This document shows, one piece after another, positions 10,068 through 19,460 of a stretch of DNA of 64,000 nt; within the stretch, counting starts at the first letter, position 1; each line of letters starts with the position of its first letter. This DNA is from Alphaproteobacteria bacterium bin98. Lineage in GTDB: Bacteria; Pseudomonadota; Alphaproteobacteria; Bin98. The stretch covers positions 8,461-72,460 of the forward strand of contig MPNG01000004.1 in NCBI GenBank assembly GCA_002238905.1. Direction: 5' to 3'. The notes beneath the pieces were generated by a model that saw only the letters and a program-made list of their open reading frames with translations, was not told the DNA's origin and made no database searches. Made by a program: the position numbers and the translations under genes.

Positions 10068-11293
10068 TGGCAATATTGGGTGCAGATGGTGTTCGTGGGC
10101 GCGTGGGTGTATCTCCCATGACACCAGAGGATATGTTCGCTCTAGGGCGCGCAATTGGGCATACCATAGCCTCAAACCGTTTGATAGTGATTGGATGTGA
10201 CACACGCGCGTCATCGCCTTTGTTTGTCAAAGCACTCAGCGAAGGCTTTATGATGGCTGGCGTTGATGTGTGTGATATTGGTGTGGTTCCTACGCCCGCT
10301 GTTTCCTTGTATGCACAGAAAAAAAACGCTAGTTGTGGTGTCATGATTACAGGATCACATAATCCAGAAGATGTGAATGGATTGAAGGTTTTTAACGCCT
10401 TTGGTCATAAAGTGGACGGCGCTTGGTGGAATAAGGTTCAAAATGTACACAAAGAACCGTTGAGTGCGTCAGAGAGAACAGGCAAGAGTTGCAAAGATCC
10501 GGAAGGCATCACTCATTATATGCATTCTTTAGAAACTCCTGATTATCAAGGGCGTGTCATTGTAGATTGCGCAAACGGTTCCAACACGGCATGTTTGTTT
10601 CCCGCTTACTGTGAGCGTATTGGCGTAGGTGGCGTTATTAATGTAAATTGCGGTACACAACACAGCAATATCATACAAAAAGCGGTGATTGATCACAAAG
10701 CTGATGTCGGATTTTCTTTTGATGGAGATGGTGACCGGGTGTGGGCTTGCGATGCGCAAGGAATCCTTTACGATGGTAACGCACTTATGGCGCTTTTGGC
10801 TTTCCACGATCCATGTGTGCAGAGTGTTGTGGTTACGCAGTATGCAAACAGTGGCTTGGTATGTTTTTATAAACAGATTGGTAAAAAAGTGTTTGTGAGT
10901 GAGGTGGGAGATGCGCATGTTGCGCGTACCATGCGCTCAGAGCAGGCAGACCTTGGCGGAGAGCCTTCAGGGCATATTTTGCTCAAAGGAGCGCATGTGG
11001 GAGATGGAGCAGCTGTGATGATGCGTGTGTTGCGCTTAATGCATGAGCAGCGGAGCTCTCTTGCTGATTTGGCTGCATTGTGGCAGCCATGGCATGAGGT
11101 GCTTTTTTCTGTAGCTCAAGATTGCGCTACGCAAGACCGCATAGAGACCATTAAAAGTATGTCATTACACAGCCGCTGTGAGATGCGGTTTTCCCAAACA
11201 GAGCCTGTAATGCGTGTTTATATGGAGTGCAAAGAGCAAAATATCGTTTTGGAAGAGTCCAAAAAGGTGCGCTCTGTCTTTAAAACGCAATAA
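10067..11293 (+). CDS. glmM: phosphohexomutase, GlmM by synteny (phosphoglucosamine mutase)
   Basis: active site TGSHNP, metal loop FDGDGDR; TAATG overlap with ftsH stop. Confidence 0.7.
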   Translation: MAILGADGVRGRVGVSPMTPEDMFALGRAIGHTIASNRLIVIGCDTRASSPLFVKALSEGFMMAGVDVCDIGVVPTPAVSLYAQKKNASCGVMITGSHNPEDVNGLKVFNAFGHKVDGAWWNKVQNVHKEPLSASERTGKSCKDPEGITHYMHSLETPDYQGRVIVDCANGSNTACLFPAYCERIGVGGVINVNCGTQHSNIIQKAVIDHKADVGFSFDGDGDRVWACDAQGILYDGNALMALLAFHDPCVQSVVVTQYANSGLVCFYKQIGKKVFVSEVGDAHVARTMRSEQADLGGEPSGHILLKGAHVGDGAAVMMRVLRLMHEQRSSLADLAALWQPWHEVLFSVAQDCATQDRIETIKSMSLHSRCEMRFSQTEPVMRVYMECKEQNIVLEESKKVRSVFKTQ

Positions 11294-11355
11294 AACGTTG
11301 CAAAGATGGTCTTTTTTTGTCAGAATAAATCGAGGGTTTCAAACCTTCAAAAGTC

Positions 11356-11426
11356 GGCCGGATGGCAGAGTGGTTATGCAGAGGATTGCAAATCCTTGTA
11401 TGTCGGTTCGATTCCGGCTCCGGCCT
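11356..11426 (+). tRNA. tRNA-Cys (GCA); 3' CCA not encoded
   Basis: cloverleaf: acceptor ggccgga/tccggcc, anticodon loop ttGCAaa, T-loop ttcgatt. Confidence 0.85.
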
Positions 11427-11428
11427 GT

Positions 11429-11504
11429 TCCTCGGTAGCTCAGTTGGTAGAGCAGGTGATTGTTACTCACTTGGTCGGCGGTTCGAGTCCGTCCCGAGGA
11501 GCCA
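11429..11504 (+). tRNA. tRNA-Asn (GTT), CCA encoded
   Basis: acceptor tcctcgg/ccgagga, anticodon loop ttGTTac, GTTCGAGTC T-arm. Confidence 0.85.
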
Positions 11505-12324
11505 CAGCGCGTAAAAGTGCATCATAAACGCTTGAGCGCAAAGGGTGATCTGGTAATGGTCCCACAGAAATGTACTGCGCCTTTTCTTTGGAAAGTGCGT
11601 GCAAAATGGGATAAAGATTTTGGCAGGCCTCTGCCATACTGCTAGTCGGTGATAAATTCCAAGGCGATAAAGAATCGCCAAAACTTACATAAAAAGATTG
11701 ATTGTTAAAAGGCTCCACTTCACACCAGCCTTTCGGTGCTGGTGGTTGGTAATGGGTGGGAGCATGCGCTAACAGGGTTTGCAAAGAAAGAGCACCCAGA
11801 CGCAACACTTCCCATGCGTTGTTGCTCCATAACGCCACTGTGCTTTCTATGCCGTAGGTGCATGATTGTTTTTGTATATAAAGGGCAGATGCTTTGATGG
11901 ATTCTGAGAGATGGTCTTCATGAGAGACGGTCAGTTGGCCAGATATATTTGCACTGGTGACTGCCAAAGGATTTTGATAGGTTGCCAGAAGCTTTTTCAG
12001 CTCTGGATGACCTGGAACTCGCACACCCAATGTTGGTGTACTCATGATGTCTGAAAGCTCCTTTGAGAGGCTTTCTGCGACAAAAGTAAAAGGACCTGGC
12101 CAAACTTGTTGTAAAAACGGTTTGACTGCCTGCGGTATGCGCACAAGCGATTCTGCTTCCTCAAAAGAAGACACCATGATGGGCAGCGGCTGCGTTGATG
12201 GCCTATGCTTGATGTTGTAAAGAAAGGAAATACCTTCCTTTGTAGCAGGAGCCGCGACGCCAAAAACGGTATCGGTTGCTACGATAATAGGTTGAGGAAG
12301 GCGTGCGATCAGAGAATCTATCAT
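11467..12324 (-). CDS. tsaC: L-threonylcarbamoyladenylate synthase (YrdC/Sua5 family)
   Basis: motifs TDTVFGVAA and SANISG; C-terminal 13 codons run antisense through tRNA-Asn. Confidence 0.75.
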   Translation of the reverse strand: MIDSLIARLPQPIIVATDTVFGVAAPATKEGISFLYNIKHRPSTQPLPIMVSSFEEAESLVRIPQAVKPFLQQVWPGPFTFVAESLSKELSDIMSTPTLGVRVPGHPELKKLLATYQNPLAVTSANISGQLTVSHEDHLSESIKASALYIQKQSCTYGIESTVALWSNNAWEVLRLGALSLQTLLAHAPTHYQPPAPKGWCEVEPFNNQSFYVSFGDSLSPWNLSPTSSMAEACQNLYPILHALSKEKAQYISVGPLPDHPLRSSVYDALLRAVAPRDGLEPPTK

Positions 12325-14084
12325 GTGCGATCAAAGAGATGATCAATATCTTTTTTAGATAACGTTATGTGGGTAGGGCGGCCATGGTTACACTGGCTTG
12401 TTTGGGGTGTGCTCTCGATGGTGCGTAGCAAATCGGACATTTGATGAATAGAAAGCTCTTGTCCGGCACGTATGCTGCCGTGGCATGCGCTGGTGGAGCA
12501 AAGGGCGTGAAGGGCTTCTTCGGGTGCATGACTGGATCCGTAAGCAAGCATCTCACTGCAAAAATCACCAATGACTTTTGCCATATCAGCGTTTTTTAAA
12601 ACAGAAGGAATACGATACACAAGCCACTGGCCCTTTTGATTCTCAAGAGAAAATCCCCACTGCGTAAGATGGGATTGTGTGCGTTGAAGCGTTAGGCTTT
12701 CATCTTCTGTTGTGGTAAGAGCAATAGGCGCCAGTAGCGTTTGTGAAGCCACTTCTTGGTTGTGTGCATCTTCTTTCATACGCTCATAAACGATGCGTTC
12801 GTGGGCAGCGTGTTGATCTGTAATGGTTAATCCTTTTTGAGATTCTGACACAATATACGTTTTAAAAATTTGGCAGCGCGGAAATCCCAAAGGAAGATGC
12901 TGTTCTTTTGTAAATTGGATAGATTCTTCCTGTGATAATGGCGGTTTCGGTTCCGAAAGTGAGGCTAACAATGCCGATTCTAACGAAGAGGTTTTTGGTT
13001 TTTGAAACAAAGAAGGCTGCGGAGGCGTGTGGGTGTATGAGGTTGTGGGTATAGCCACAAAGCGATCAAGTGCTTCTTGCGTTAACGTTTGTGTTGTGCG
13101 CGGGCCTAAGGCATTGAGATGGTGCTGAATAGCGTTTTCTAATAGAAATCTTACATGCTGTGAGTTACGAAAACGCACATCCATTTTGGAGGGGTGTGCG
13201 TTGATATCCACATCTTCTGGAGGCAAAGAAATCCACAGCGCAACAAGAGGAAAACGTCCTTTTGGTATAAGGTCTCCAAAAGCGTATCGTACCGATGTAA
13301 CCAAAAATTTGTTTTGGCAACAGCGGTTATTAACCAAGAAAAACATGTGGCTTGATGTACGTTTGTTTAACGTGGGAATACCAACGCAACCATGCACACT
13401 GCTGATTTCTGTTTCAAAGGATATGGGCACAAGGTCGCTGGAATGTTTCAAGACATCGTGCGCTCGCATCATTACAGATTCTGTGGGATGTGCCGGTAAA
13501 TCAAGCGAGAGCTTATTATCTGTGTGTAGTGTGATGTGAATGTGCGGTACTGCAAGGGATAAGTGCATAAGTTGCGTGATAATCGCTTGGGTTTCTGCAA
13601 GCGGTGTTTTTAAAAATTTAAGCCGTGCAGGTGTGGCATAAAAAAGGTTTTCCACATCCACCTGTGTGCCGTAATTAGCGGTAGCTGGGGCAACAGGATG
13701 CACGGTTCCCGCATCAACGGTTAAAGACCATCCATCCTGATGCTCTGGCCGGCTGGTGAGGGTCATTTTGCTAACAGATCCAATGGAAGGAAGTGCTTCC
13801 CCTCTAAATCCCATAGTCGCAATCGTGTGTAACGGCGCATCGTAGAGTTTGGAGGTGGTATGTCTTTTGATGGATAAAGGCAAATCATCTTTGGCAATGC
13901 CGCATCCGTTATCTGTGACAGTCATACGGGTAATGCCGCCTTGCTCTACGTGGACGCGAATCACCGATGCTTTGGCATCAATAGCGTTTTCTACAAGCTC
14001 TTTAATGACGGATGAAGGAGCCCCTACCACTTCGCCTGCGGCAATTTGATTAATAATATTATCTGGTAAACGTCGTAAGGTCAT
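12321..14084 (-). CDS. mutL: DNA mismatch repair protein MutL
   Basis: N-terminal GHKL ATPase motifs ELVENAIDA, TDNGCGI, GFRGEAL. Confidence 0.9.
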   Translation of the reverse strand: MTLRRLPDNIINQIAAGEVVGAPSSVIKELVENAIDAKASVIRVHVEQGGITRMTVTDNGCGIAKDDLPLSIKRHTTSKLYDAPLHTIATMGFRGEALPSIGSVSKMTLTSRPEHQDGWSLTVDAGTVHPVAPATANYGTQVDVENLFYATPARLKFLKTPLAETQAIITQLMHLSLAVPHIHITLHTDNKLSLDLPAHPTESVMMRAHDVLKHSSDLVPISFETEISSVHGCVGIPTLNKRTSSHMFFLVNNRCCQNKFLVTSVRYAFGDLIPKGRFPLVALWISLPPEDVDINAHPSKMDVRFRNSQHVRFLLENAIQHHLNALGPRTTQTLTQEALDRFVAIPTTSYTHTPPQPSLFQKPKTSSLESALLASLSEPKPPLSQEESIQFTKEQHLPLGFPRCQIFKTYIVSESQKGLTITDQHAAHERIVYERMKEDAHNQEVASQTLLAPIALTTTEDESLTLQRTQSHLTQWGFSLENQKGQWLVYRIPSVLKNADMAKVIGDFCSEMLAYGSSHAPEEALHALCSTSACHGSIRAGQELSIHQMSDLLRTIESTPQTSQCNHGRPTHITLSKKDIDHLFDRT

Positions 14085-15220
14085 TGTGTGAGTGATCGCA
14101 AGTGTTTTTTGATTAATTCTACCGCTGGTTGGTTAAAAGGATCAATGTGGTAAGAGCGTGCAAGGAGTATAGTTTCCAGGAAGCAGTGCATCATAAAGGA
14201 TGCTGTGAATGCTAGAGGGTTTTGATCTTTTGGCTCCCAAGTGCGGACAGGTCGTTGGCGATCAATTAATGCTTTGCAGGTGGCTTCGCAAGATTGGTGC
14301 AAAAGGGTGGCAAGAGGTTGGGTTTCTGGTGTTGGGCTAGACTGTGGAGGAAAAATGAGTGTGAAAAATCGGCTGGAGGCTCCGTCTAGATAGAGCTGAA
14401 GTTGTGAATGCTGATCAACGGTTCCGTAGGCGTCTACTGGCAAGAAATCCAAACCATTTTTCCCAAGACTTTCTGCCCACAGCTGACGCCACCATAGTGC
14501 GCAAGGTGCGTGTTTTTGTGCGTAAGGCATGAGCACGGATGTGCAGCGCTTATGGCTGCGATTCCAGAGTATCCAAGCAACGCTGTCGGTGATAGCGTGT
14601 GAGGTATTTTTTTCTGTGTAAGAAGCGTAAACAGCGTAGGCTGCATCTAATGCTTCTAGTGCGTTTCCCCCGGCACACATGATGGGCACAAGCCCCGTTG
14701 GTGTAAAGGCAGAAAAGCGTCCAGGCACGTGTGGATCAAGATCAATGATAGGCACGGCATTGTCTTGCGCAAAGGTGCGCAAAGGTGAAGTGTGGGGTTG
14801 TGTCAATATTAAACAATGTTTGCTTAAAGGAAGAGAGCGTTGCGTCAGTTGGTCGGTAATCCAAGAAAGTTGAGCGAGGGTTTCCACTGTTCCACCTGAT
14901 TTGGAGGTAAATACAAAGTGTGTTTTGCTCCAATCCCACGATTCGTAGGCGTAAGGATCAATGTTTGCTAAGAAAGAAAGGGTAACAGATTTGTTGAGAG
15001 GAGCGGTGAGGGCTTGTCCGGATAGGCTTGATCCACCGATTCCGCAGAAAACGATATGATTTGCGTTATCCATAAAATGTTCGGATGTACGCTTAATGCG
15101 TTGAAAAACATCAGGGTTTGCAAAAACAGAAAAAGGAAAAGGCTCTGAAGTGTGGAGTGCATGGGCTTTTTCTAAAAAAGACTTCCATTCTTGATGATGA
15201 ATTGTTTGTGTAAAAGACAT
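14081..15220 (-). CDS. pgi: glucose-6-phosphate isomerase (short form)
   Basis: SIS motif FCGIGGSSLSG; PGI signatures VPGRFSAF and FNQPAVELIKKH. Confidence 0.6.
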   Translation of the reverse strand: MSFTQTIHHQEWKSFLEKAHALHTSEPFPFSVFANPDVFQRIKRTSEHFMDNANHIVFCGIGGSSLSGQALTAPLNKSVTLSFLANIDPYAYESWDWSKTHFVFTSKSGGTVETLAQLSWITDQLTQRSLPLSKHCLILTQPHTSPLRTFAQDNAVPIIDLDPHVPGRFSAFTPTGLVPIMCAGGNALEALDAAYAVYASYTEKNTSHAITDSVAWILWNRSHKRCTSVLMPYAQKHAPCALWWRQLWAESLGKNGLDFLPVDAYGTVDQHSQLQLYLDGASSRFFTLIFPPQSSPTPETQPLATLLHQSCEATCKALIDRQRPVRTWEPKDQNPLAFTASFMMHCFLETILLARSYHIDPFNQPAVELIKKHLRSLTQ

Positions 15221-15221
15221 A

Positions 15222-15686
15222 TTAAACCGGTTTTTTTAAAAAAAGAACGCTTAAAAAGGCAACGCTAAGAGAGATGGCAGCATCCGCAATGTTAAACGCT
15301 GGCCAGTGCCAATTATATGCATAAAGATCAATGAAATCCACAACAGCGCCAAAGCGAATGCGGTCAATAATGTTGCCAAGCGCTCCGCTTAAGATAAAGA
15401 CAAACGCCCACCGTTCTTTGGGGCAGTGGGTGCGGGCAAACATGTATAGTATAAATGCTACAATCATGCAGGCCAACCCAACATAGGCCGCTGGGTGATC
15501 AAACAGCGTAATACCAAACAAAACGCCAGGATTCCAAAGCAAGATAATAGAAAACCACGAAAAAACAGTATAAGGCAAAAGATCTATATTGTGCATAACG
15601 AAGTGTTTAGAAAGTTGGTCTGCGCATAAAACTAAAACAAAGGTAATAATTTGATGTTTAGATATGAGAGATTGCTTCCATAACAT
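15222..15686 (-). CDS. lspA: lipoprotein signal peptidase II
   Basis: 154 aa, 4 TM; classic ileS-lspA arrangement with overlap. Confidence 0.75.
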   Translation of the reverse strand: MLWKQSLISKHQIITFVLVLCADQLSKHFVMHNIDLLPYTVFSWFSIILLWNPGVLFGITLFDHPAAYVGLACMIVAFILYMFARTHCPKERWAFVFILSGALGNIIDRIRFGAVVDFIDLYAYNWHWPAFNIADAAISLSVAFLSVLFLKKPV

Positions 15687-18381
15687 TTGAGCACCTTTGG
15701 CATAAGTTTTTGCTTATATTGATTAGTTGTTTCCAGCATCTGTGACACTTTTTGTCGGGAGCCTTTAAAACAACAAACGCTGTGTTCGTTGTGCCCACTT
15801 GCTGTGCTTGAGGATTGCTGTTAGCCGATATGCGTACAGAAGATGTGACAAACAAATCACAAAGTTCATCTTCTGAAAACGCTATTGATCCATAAAGATG
15901 AACGTGGGCTTCTAGGTTTGATCCTAATAATCCTTCTGCGCGCATGTTTTCAATTTTTTTAAACACAGCGCTTCTGATACTAAGGATGGTTTTGAATTGT
16001 TTAGCAAGTTCAGGGTTGTTCCATGTATGATAAGGTTTTTTGAAAAGCGCTAAATGGACGCTTTGTTCTTTAGTTGGGTTATCAAAGTGTTGCCAAGCGT
16101 CTTCCGCCGTAAAAGGCAAAATGGGAGCAAGCCAGCGCACAAGGTATTCAAAGATGGTTTCTAAGGTTGATAGGCAGGCCAATCGCTTAGAGGAGTTGCG
16201 CGCTTCGCAATAAAGGGTGTCTTTGCGAATATCAAAATAAAACGCGGAAAGATCTTGGATACAGAAATCTTTAATGAGTACAAAGATATCGTGGTAGCGA
16301 TAGGACGTTAGCAGCTGCAATATTTCTGTGTGTATGGAATATAAACGATGAAGTATATACTGTTCAATCACAGGAAGTTTGCCTGAATATCGGGTGGTGC
16401 GGTGATGCAGATTTCCCAATAAAAACCTTAAAGTGTTGCGAATTTTGCGGTATATGTCTTGTTGACTTTGCAGAATATTATGGCCGATTTTTATATCGTT
16501 ATGGTAGTCAGATTGCATAACCGTAATGCGCAGAATATCGGCACCGTAGCGCTTCAAGATTTCGTGAGCAGTGAGAACATTTCCTTCCGACTTGGACATT
16601 TTGCGTCCTTGTGCGTCTACAACAAATCCGTGTGTAAAAATGGTGCGAGTGCAAGGTTTTTCTTGCGCGTAAACGCTACAAATCAACGAAGACTGAAACC
16701 AACCACGATGTTGATCAGAGCCCTCTAAATAAAGGTCCGCGGGATAAAAACCAGCTGGTTGCAAAACATAAGAAAAGGTTGTTCCACTTTCAAACCATAC
16801 ATCAACAATGTCGGTGACTTTTTTATACTCCCCATGCAGGTGCTCAGGCAAAAATTCTTTTTCATCTGCTTCAAACCACATATCGCAGCCTTCACGAGCA
16901 ATGCGGTGGGATATTTTTTCTAATATCACGGGGTCGCGCAAAGGCAAATTGGTTTCTTTATGCACAAAAAACGCTAATGGCACACCCCAACATCTCTGGC
17001 GGGAAACACACCAATCTGGTCGTCGCTCCAGCATACTTTCTAAGCGTTGACGGCCGCCTTCAGGACTCCAGTTTATGGAATCAAGGGCCTTGATGGTTTT
17101 TCCACGCAAAGCGTTGAGTGAAAGGAACCACTGAGGCGTTGCACGCATAATCAGAGGTGCTTTTGAACGCCATGAGTGAGGGTAAGAGTGTTTGATTTCT
17201 TCGAGTAAAAGCAGGTGTGGACGTAGCAAATCAATAATTTTATCTTCATCTTTAAAGATATGCATACCGGCAACCAACAATATGCTGTCAAAGAAAACGC
17301 CGTAATCGTTTACACAGTGCACAAGAGGAATATTGTTTTGTATACAAAGCTGATAATCCTCGAGTCCATGAGCTGGTGCGCAGTGTACAAATCCTGTTCC
17401 TTGCTTATCGGTAACGTGATCGCCTGATAAAAGTGGAACAGAATGCGTATAGCCATCTTTGTGCCATGGGTGAAGACATTCCGCAGCTTGCCAAATATCT
17501 CCTTTGGATTCTGCTGAGATAGGTGCGTTTTGTGCGTTAATACGTTCAGCCAGATAGGGCCAGAGAGATTTTGCACACCATAGATAGTAGGCGCCCATGT
17601 CGATGCATGCGTAGGTGATATCGGGATGATATGAGACCGCTTGACTGGCGGGGATCGTCCAAGGCGTGGTTGTCCACAAAGCGAGAAAGACCGGTTTATC
17701 GTTTGGTCCAGGACCATTCCTCAGAGGGTACTTAATAAAAATTGCTGAAGATTTTTTGTCTTGGTATTCAATCTCTGCTTCTGCAAGAGCTGTTTTTTCT
17801 GTAATAGACCAGTGAACAGGCTTTGTATGTTGATAAAGAACTTCATCCATGAGCATGCGATGAAGCAGGCGAACGATGGCTGCTTCTGATTCAGGATTCA
17901 TGGTGGTGTAGGGGTTAGCAAAGTCAGCGCAAATACCAAGCCTTTGAAAGTCTTCAGATTGTTTTGTAATCCATTCTTGGGCGTAGGTGCGACAGCGGGT
18001 ACGAAATTCTTTTTGAGAAAGCGATTTTTTTTCTTTCAGCGCTTCTTTTTCTACACTCCATTCAATAGGCAGTCCATGACAGTCCCATCCTGGAGTAAAA
18101 GGTGCTAGATATCCTTGAAGGCGTGTAAATCGGCAAGCTACATCTTTAAGAGTTTTGTTGAGGGCATGTCCTAAATGAATGGATCCGTTAGCGTAAGGGG
18201 GTCCGTCGTGTAAGATAAATTTTTTCTGAGAAGGTGTTGTTTGATTAGAAATTTTTCCATAAAGATCAATATCTTTCCAAAATGCAATCAGCTCAGGCTC
18301 TTTTTGTGAGAGATTTGCACGCATCGAAAACGATGTTTTGGGTAAAAAAATGCTATCTTTTATTTGTTTTTCTGTGTACAT
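15658..18381 (-). CDS. ileS: isoleucine--tRNA ligase
   Basis: HIGH-type motif PYANGSIHLGHA, KMSKSEGN, C-terminal Zn-finger-like CHRCW. Confidence 0.95.
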   Translation of the reverse strand: MYTEKQIKDSIFLPKTSFSMRANLSQKEPELIAFWKDIDLYGKISNQTTPSQKKFILHDGPPYANGSIHLGHALNKTLKDVACRFTRLQGYLAPFTPGWDCHGLPIEWSVEKEALKEKKSLSQKEFRTRCRTYAQEWITKQSEDFQRLGICADFANPYTTMNPESEAAIVRLLHRMLMDEVLYQHTKPVHWSITEKTALAEAEIEYQDKKSSAIFIKYPLRNGPGPNDKPVFLALWTTTPWTIPASQAVSYHPDITYACIDMGAYYLWCAKSLWPYLAERINAQNAPISAESKGDIWQAAECLHPWHKDGYTHSVPLLSGDHVTDKQGTGFVHCAPAHGLEDYQLCIQNNIPLVHCVNDYGVFFDSILLVAGMHIFKDEDKIIDLLRPHLLLLEEIKHSYPHSWRSKAPLIMRATPQWFLSLNALRGKTIKALDSINWSPEGGRQRLESMLERRPDWCVSRQRCWGVPLAFFVHKETNLPLRDPVILEKISHRIAREGCDMWFEADEKEFLPEHLHGEYKKVTDIVDVWFESGTTFSYVLQPAGFYPADLYLEGSDQHRGWFQSSLICSVYAQEKPCTRTIFTHGFVVDAQGRKMSKSEGNVLTAHEILKRYGADILRITVMQSDYHNDIKIGHNILQSQQDIYRKIRNTLRFLLGNLHHRTTRYSGKLPVIEQYILHRLYSIHTEILQLLTSYRYHDIFVLIKDFCIQDLSAFYFDIRKDTLYCEARNSSKRLACLSTLETIFEYLVRWLAPILPFTAEDAWQHFDNPTKEQSVHLALFKKPYHTWNNPELAKQFKTILSIRSAVFKKIENMRAEGLLGSNLEAHVHLYGSIAFSEDELCDLFVTSSVRISANSNPQAQQVGTTNTAFVVLKAPDKKCHRCWKQLINISKNLCQRCSNVMEAISHI

Positions 18382-18448
18382 AAAGGCAATTTATTCCAAA
18401 CACTACAGCGTACCACTAAGCATGAGAACAGCGCAATGTTTTACTGTC

Positions 18449-19453
18449 TTAAACGTCAAAAACTTCATCCCACGATCCCGTAGAAGAGGCTTTGGTGTAT
18501 TCGGTGGCACGCCCTTCAAAAAAGTTGGCGTGTTCTAGTCCGTTCAAGATAGAATCCATCCAAGGAAGAGGGTTTTTGGCGATGCCAAAAACCGGCTTTA
18601 ATCCTAGTTGTGTAAGACGGCGATCACCAATATAGCGAATATAGTTTTTAATATCTTGTGCTTCTAACCCTTGCACGCCGCCCTGTTCAAATGCTAACTC
18701 AATAAAGTTATCTTCAAGGCGTACCACTTCTTCACAAGCGCTGATGATGCGGTCTTGCAGTTTTTTTGTCCATAAAAAGTTGTTTTCAGTGACAAACGTG
18801 CGGAACATCTTAATAATGGAGTGGGTGTGGAGGGTTTCATCGCGCACAGACCATGTGACGACCTGTCCCATGCCTTTCATTTTATTAAAGCGTGGGAAGT
18901 TCATCAGCATAGCAAAGGAAGCAAACAACTGCAGTCCTTCTACAAACGCTCCGTACATGGCGAGACTAGCGGCAATGCCTTCGAGAGATTCGTCATAAAA
19001 GTTTTGGATTAGTTCCCACTTTTCGCTCATTTCTTTGTACTGCAAAAAGGTTTGGTACTCTACCTCAGGCATACCGACTGTGTCCAGAAGGTAGGCGTAA
19101 GCACCCATGTGAATGGTTTCCATATTGGCAAAAGCGCATAGCATCATACGAATTTCTGTGGGCCCAAAGATTTTAAGATAATAATCTGTATAGCAGGAGT
19201 TTACACCAACATCCGCTTGTGTAAAAAAGCGAAAACATTGCACTAGAAGGTTCCGCTCTTCATCGGTGATGTTGTACTGCCAGTCTCTCACATCATCGGA
19301 CATGGGGATTTCTTGTGGCAGCCAAATGATGGATTGCTGTTGATTCCAAGCCTCGAACGCCCATGGATAAAAGAAGGGCTTGTAGGTTTCGCTTGGTATC
19401 AGGAGACGGCTTTTATTAGCGCTCCATGAGGGGTGTAGTAATTTTTGTGACAT
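18449..19453 (-). CDS. nrdB: ribonucleotide reductase class Ia beta subunit
   Basis: 334 aa ferritin-like R2 protein; immediately downstream of nrdA. Confidence 0.85.
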   Translation of the reverse strand: MSQKLLHPSWSANKSRLLIPSETYKPFFYPWAFEAWNQQQSIIWLPQEIPMSDDVRDWQYNITDEERNLLVQCFRFFTQADVGVNSCYTDYYLKIFGPTEIRMMLCAFANMETIHMGAYAYLLDTVGMPEVEYQTFLQYKEMSEKWELIQNFYDESLEGIAASLAMYGAFVEGLQLFASFAMLMNFPRFNKMKGMGQVVTWSVRDETLHTHSIIKMFRTFVTENNFLWTKKLQDRIISACEEVVRLEDNFIELAFEQGGVQGLEAQDIKNYIRYIGDRRLTQLGLKPVFGIAKNPLPWMDSILNGLEHANFFEGRATEYTKASSTGSWDEVFDV

Positions 19454-19460
19454 CGTATAC

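Noticed and set aside
11356-11504. tRNA pair as a possible genomic-island integration site
   Set aside because: There is no integrase, direct repeat of the tRNA 3' end, or GC shift adjacent to them. The flanking genes are core (glmM, tsaC).
11214-11645. Small ORFs (74, 73, 61 aa) overlapping the tRNA-Cys/tRNA-Asn genes
   Set aside because: Their sequence is explained by the tRNA genes themselves. They are spurious.
14081-15220. Calling the 379-aa SIS protein a generic sugar isomerase regulator
   Set aside because: It carries both PGI signature patterns (VPGRFS; FNQPAVE..K), so pgi is kept, at moderate confidence because of its short length.
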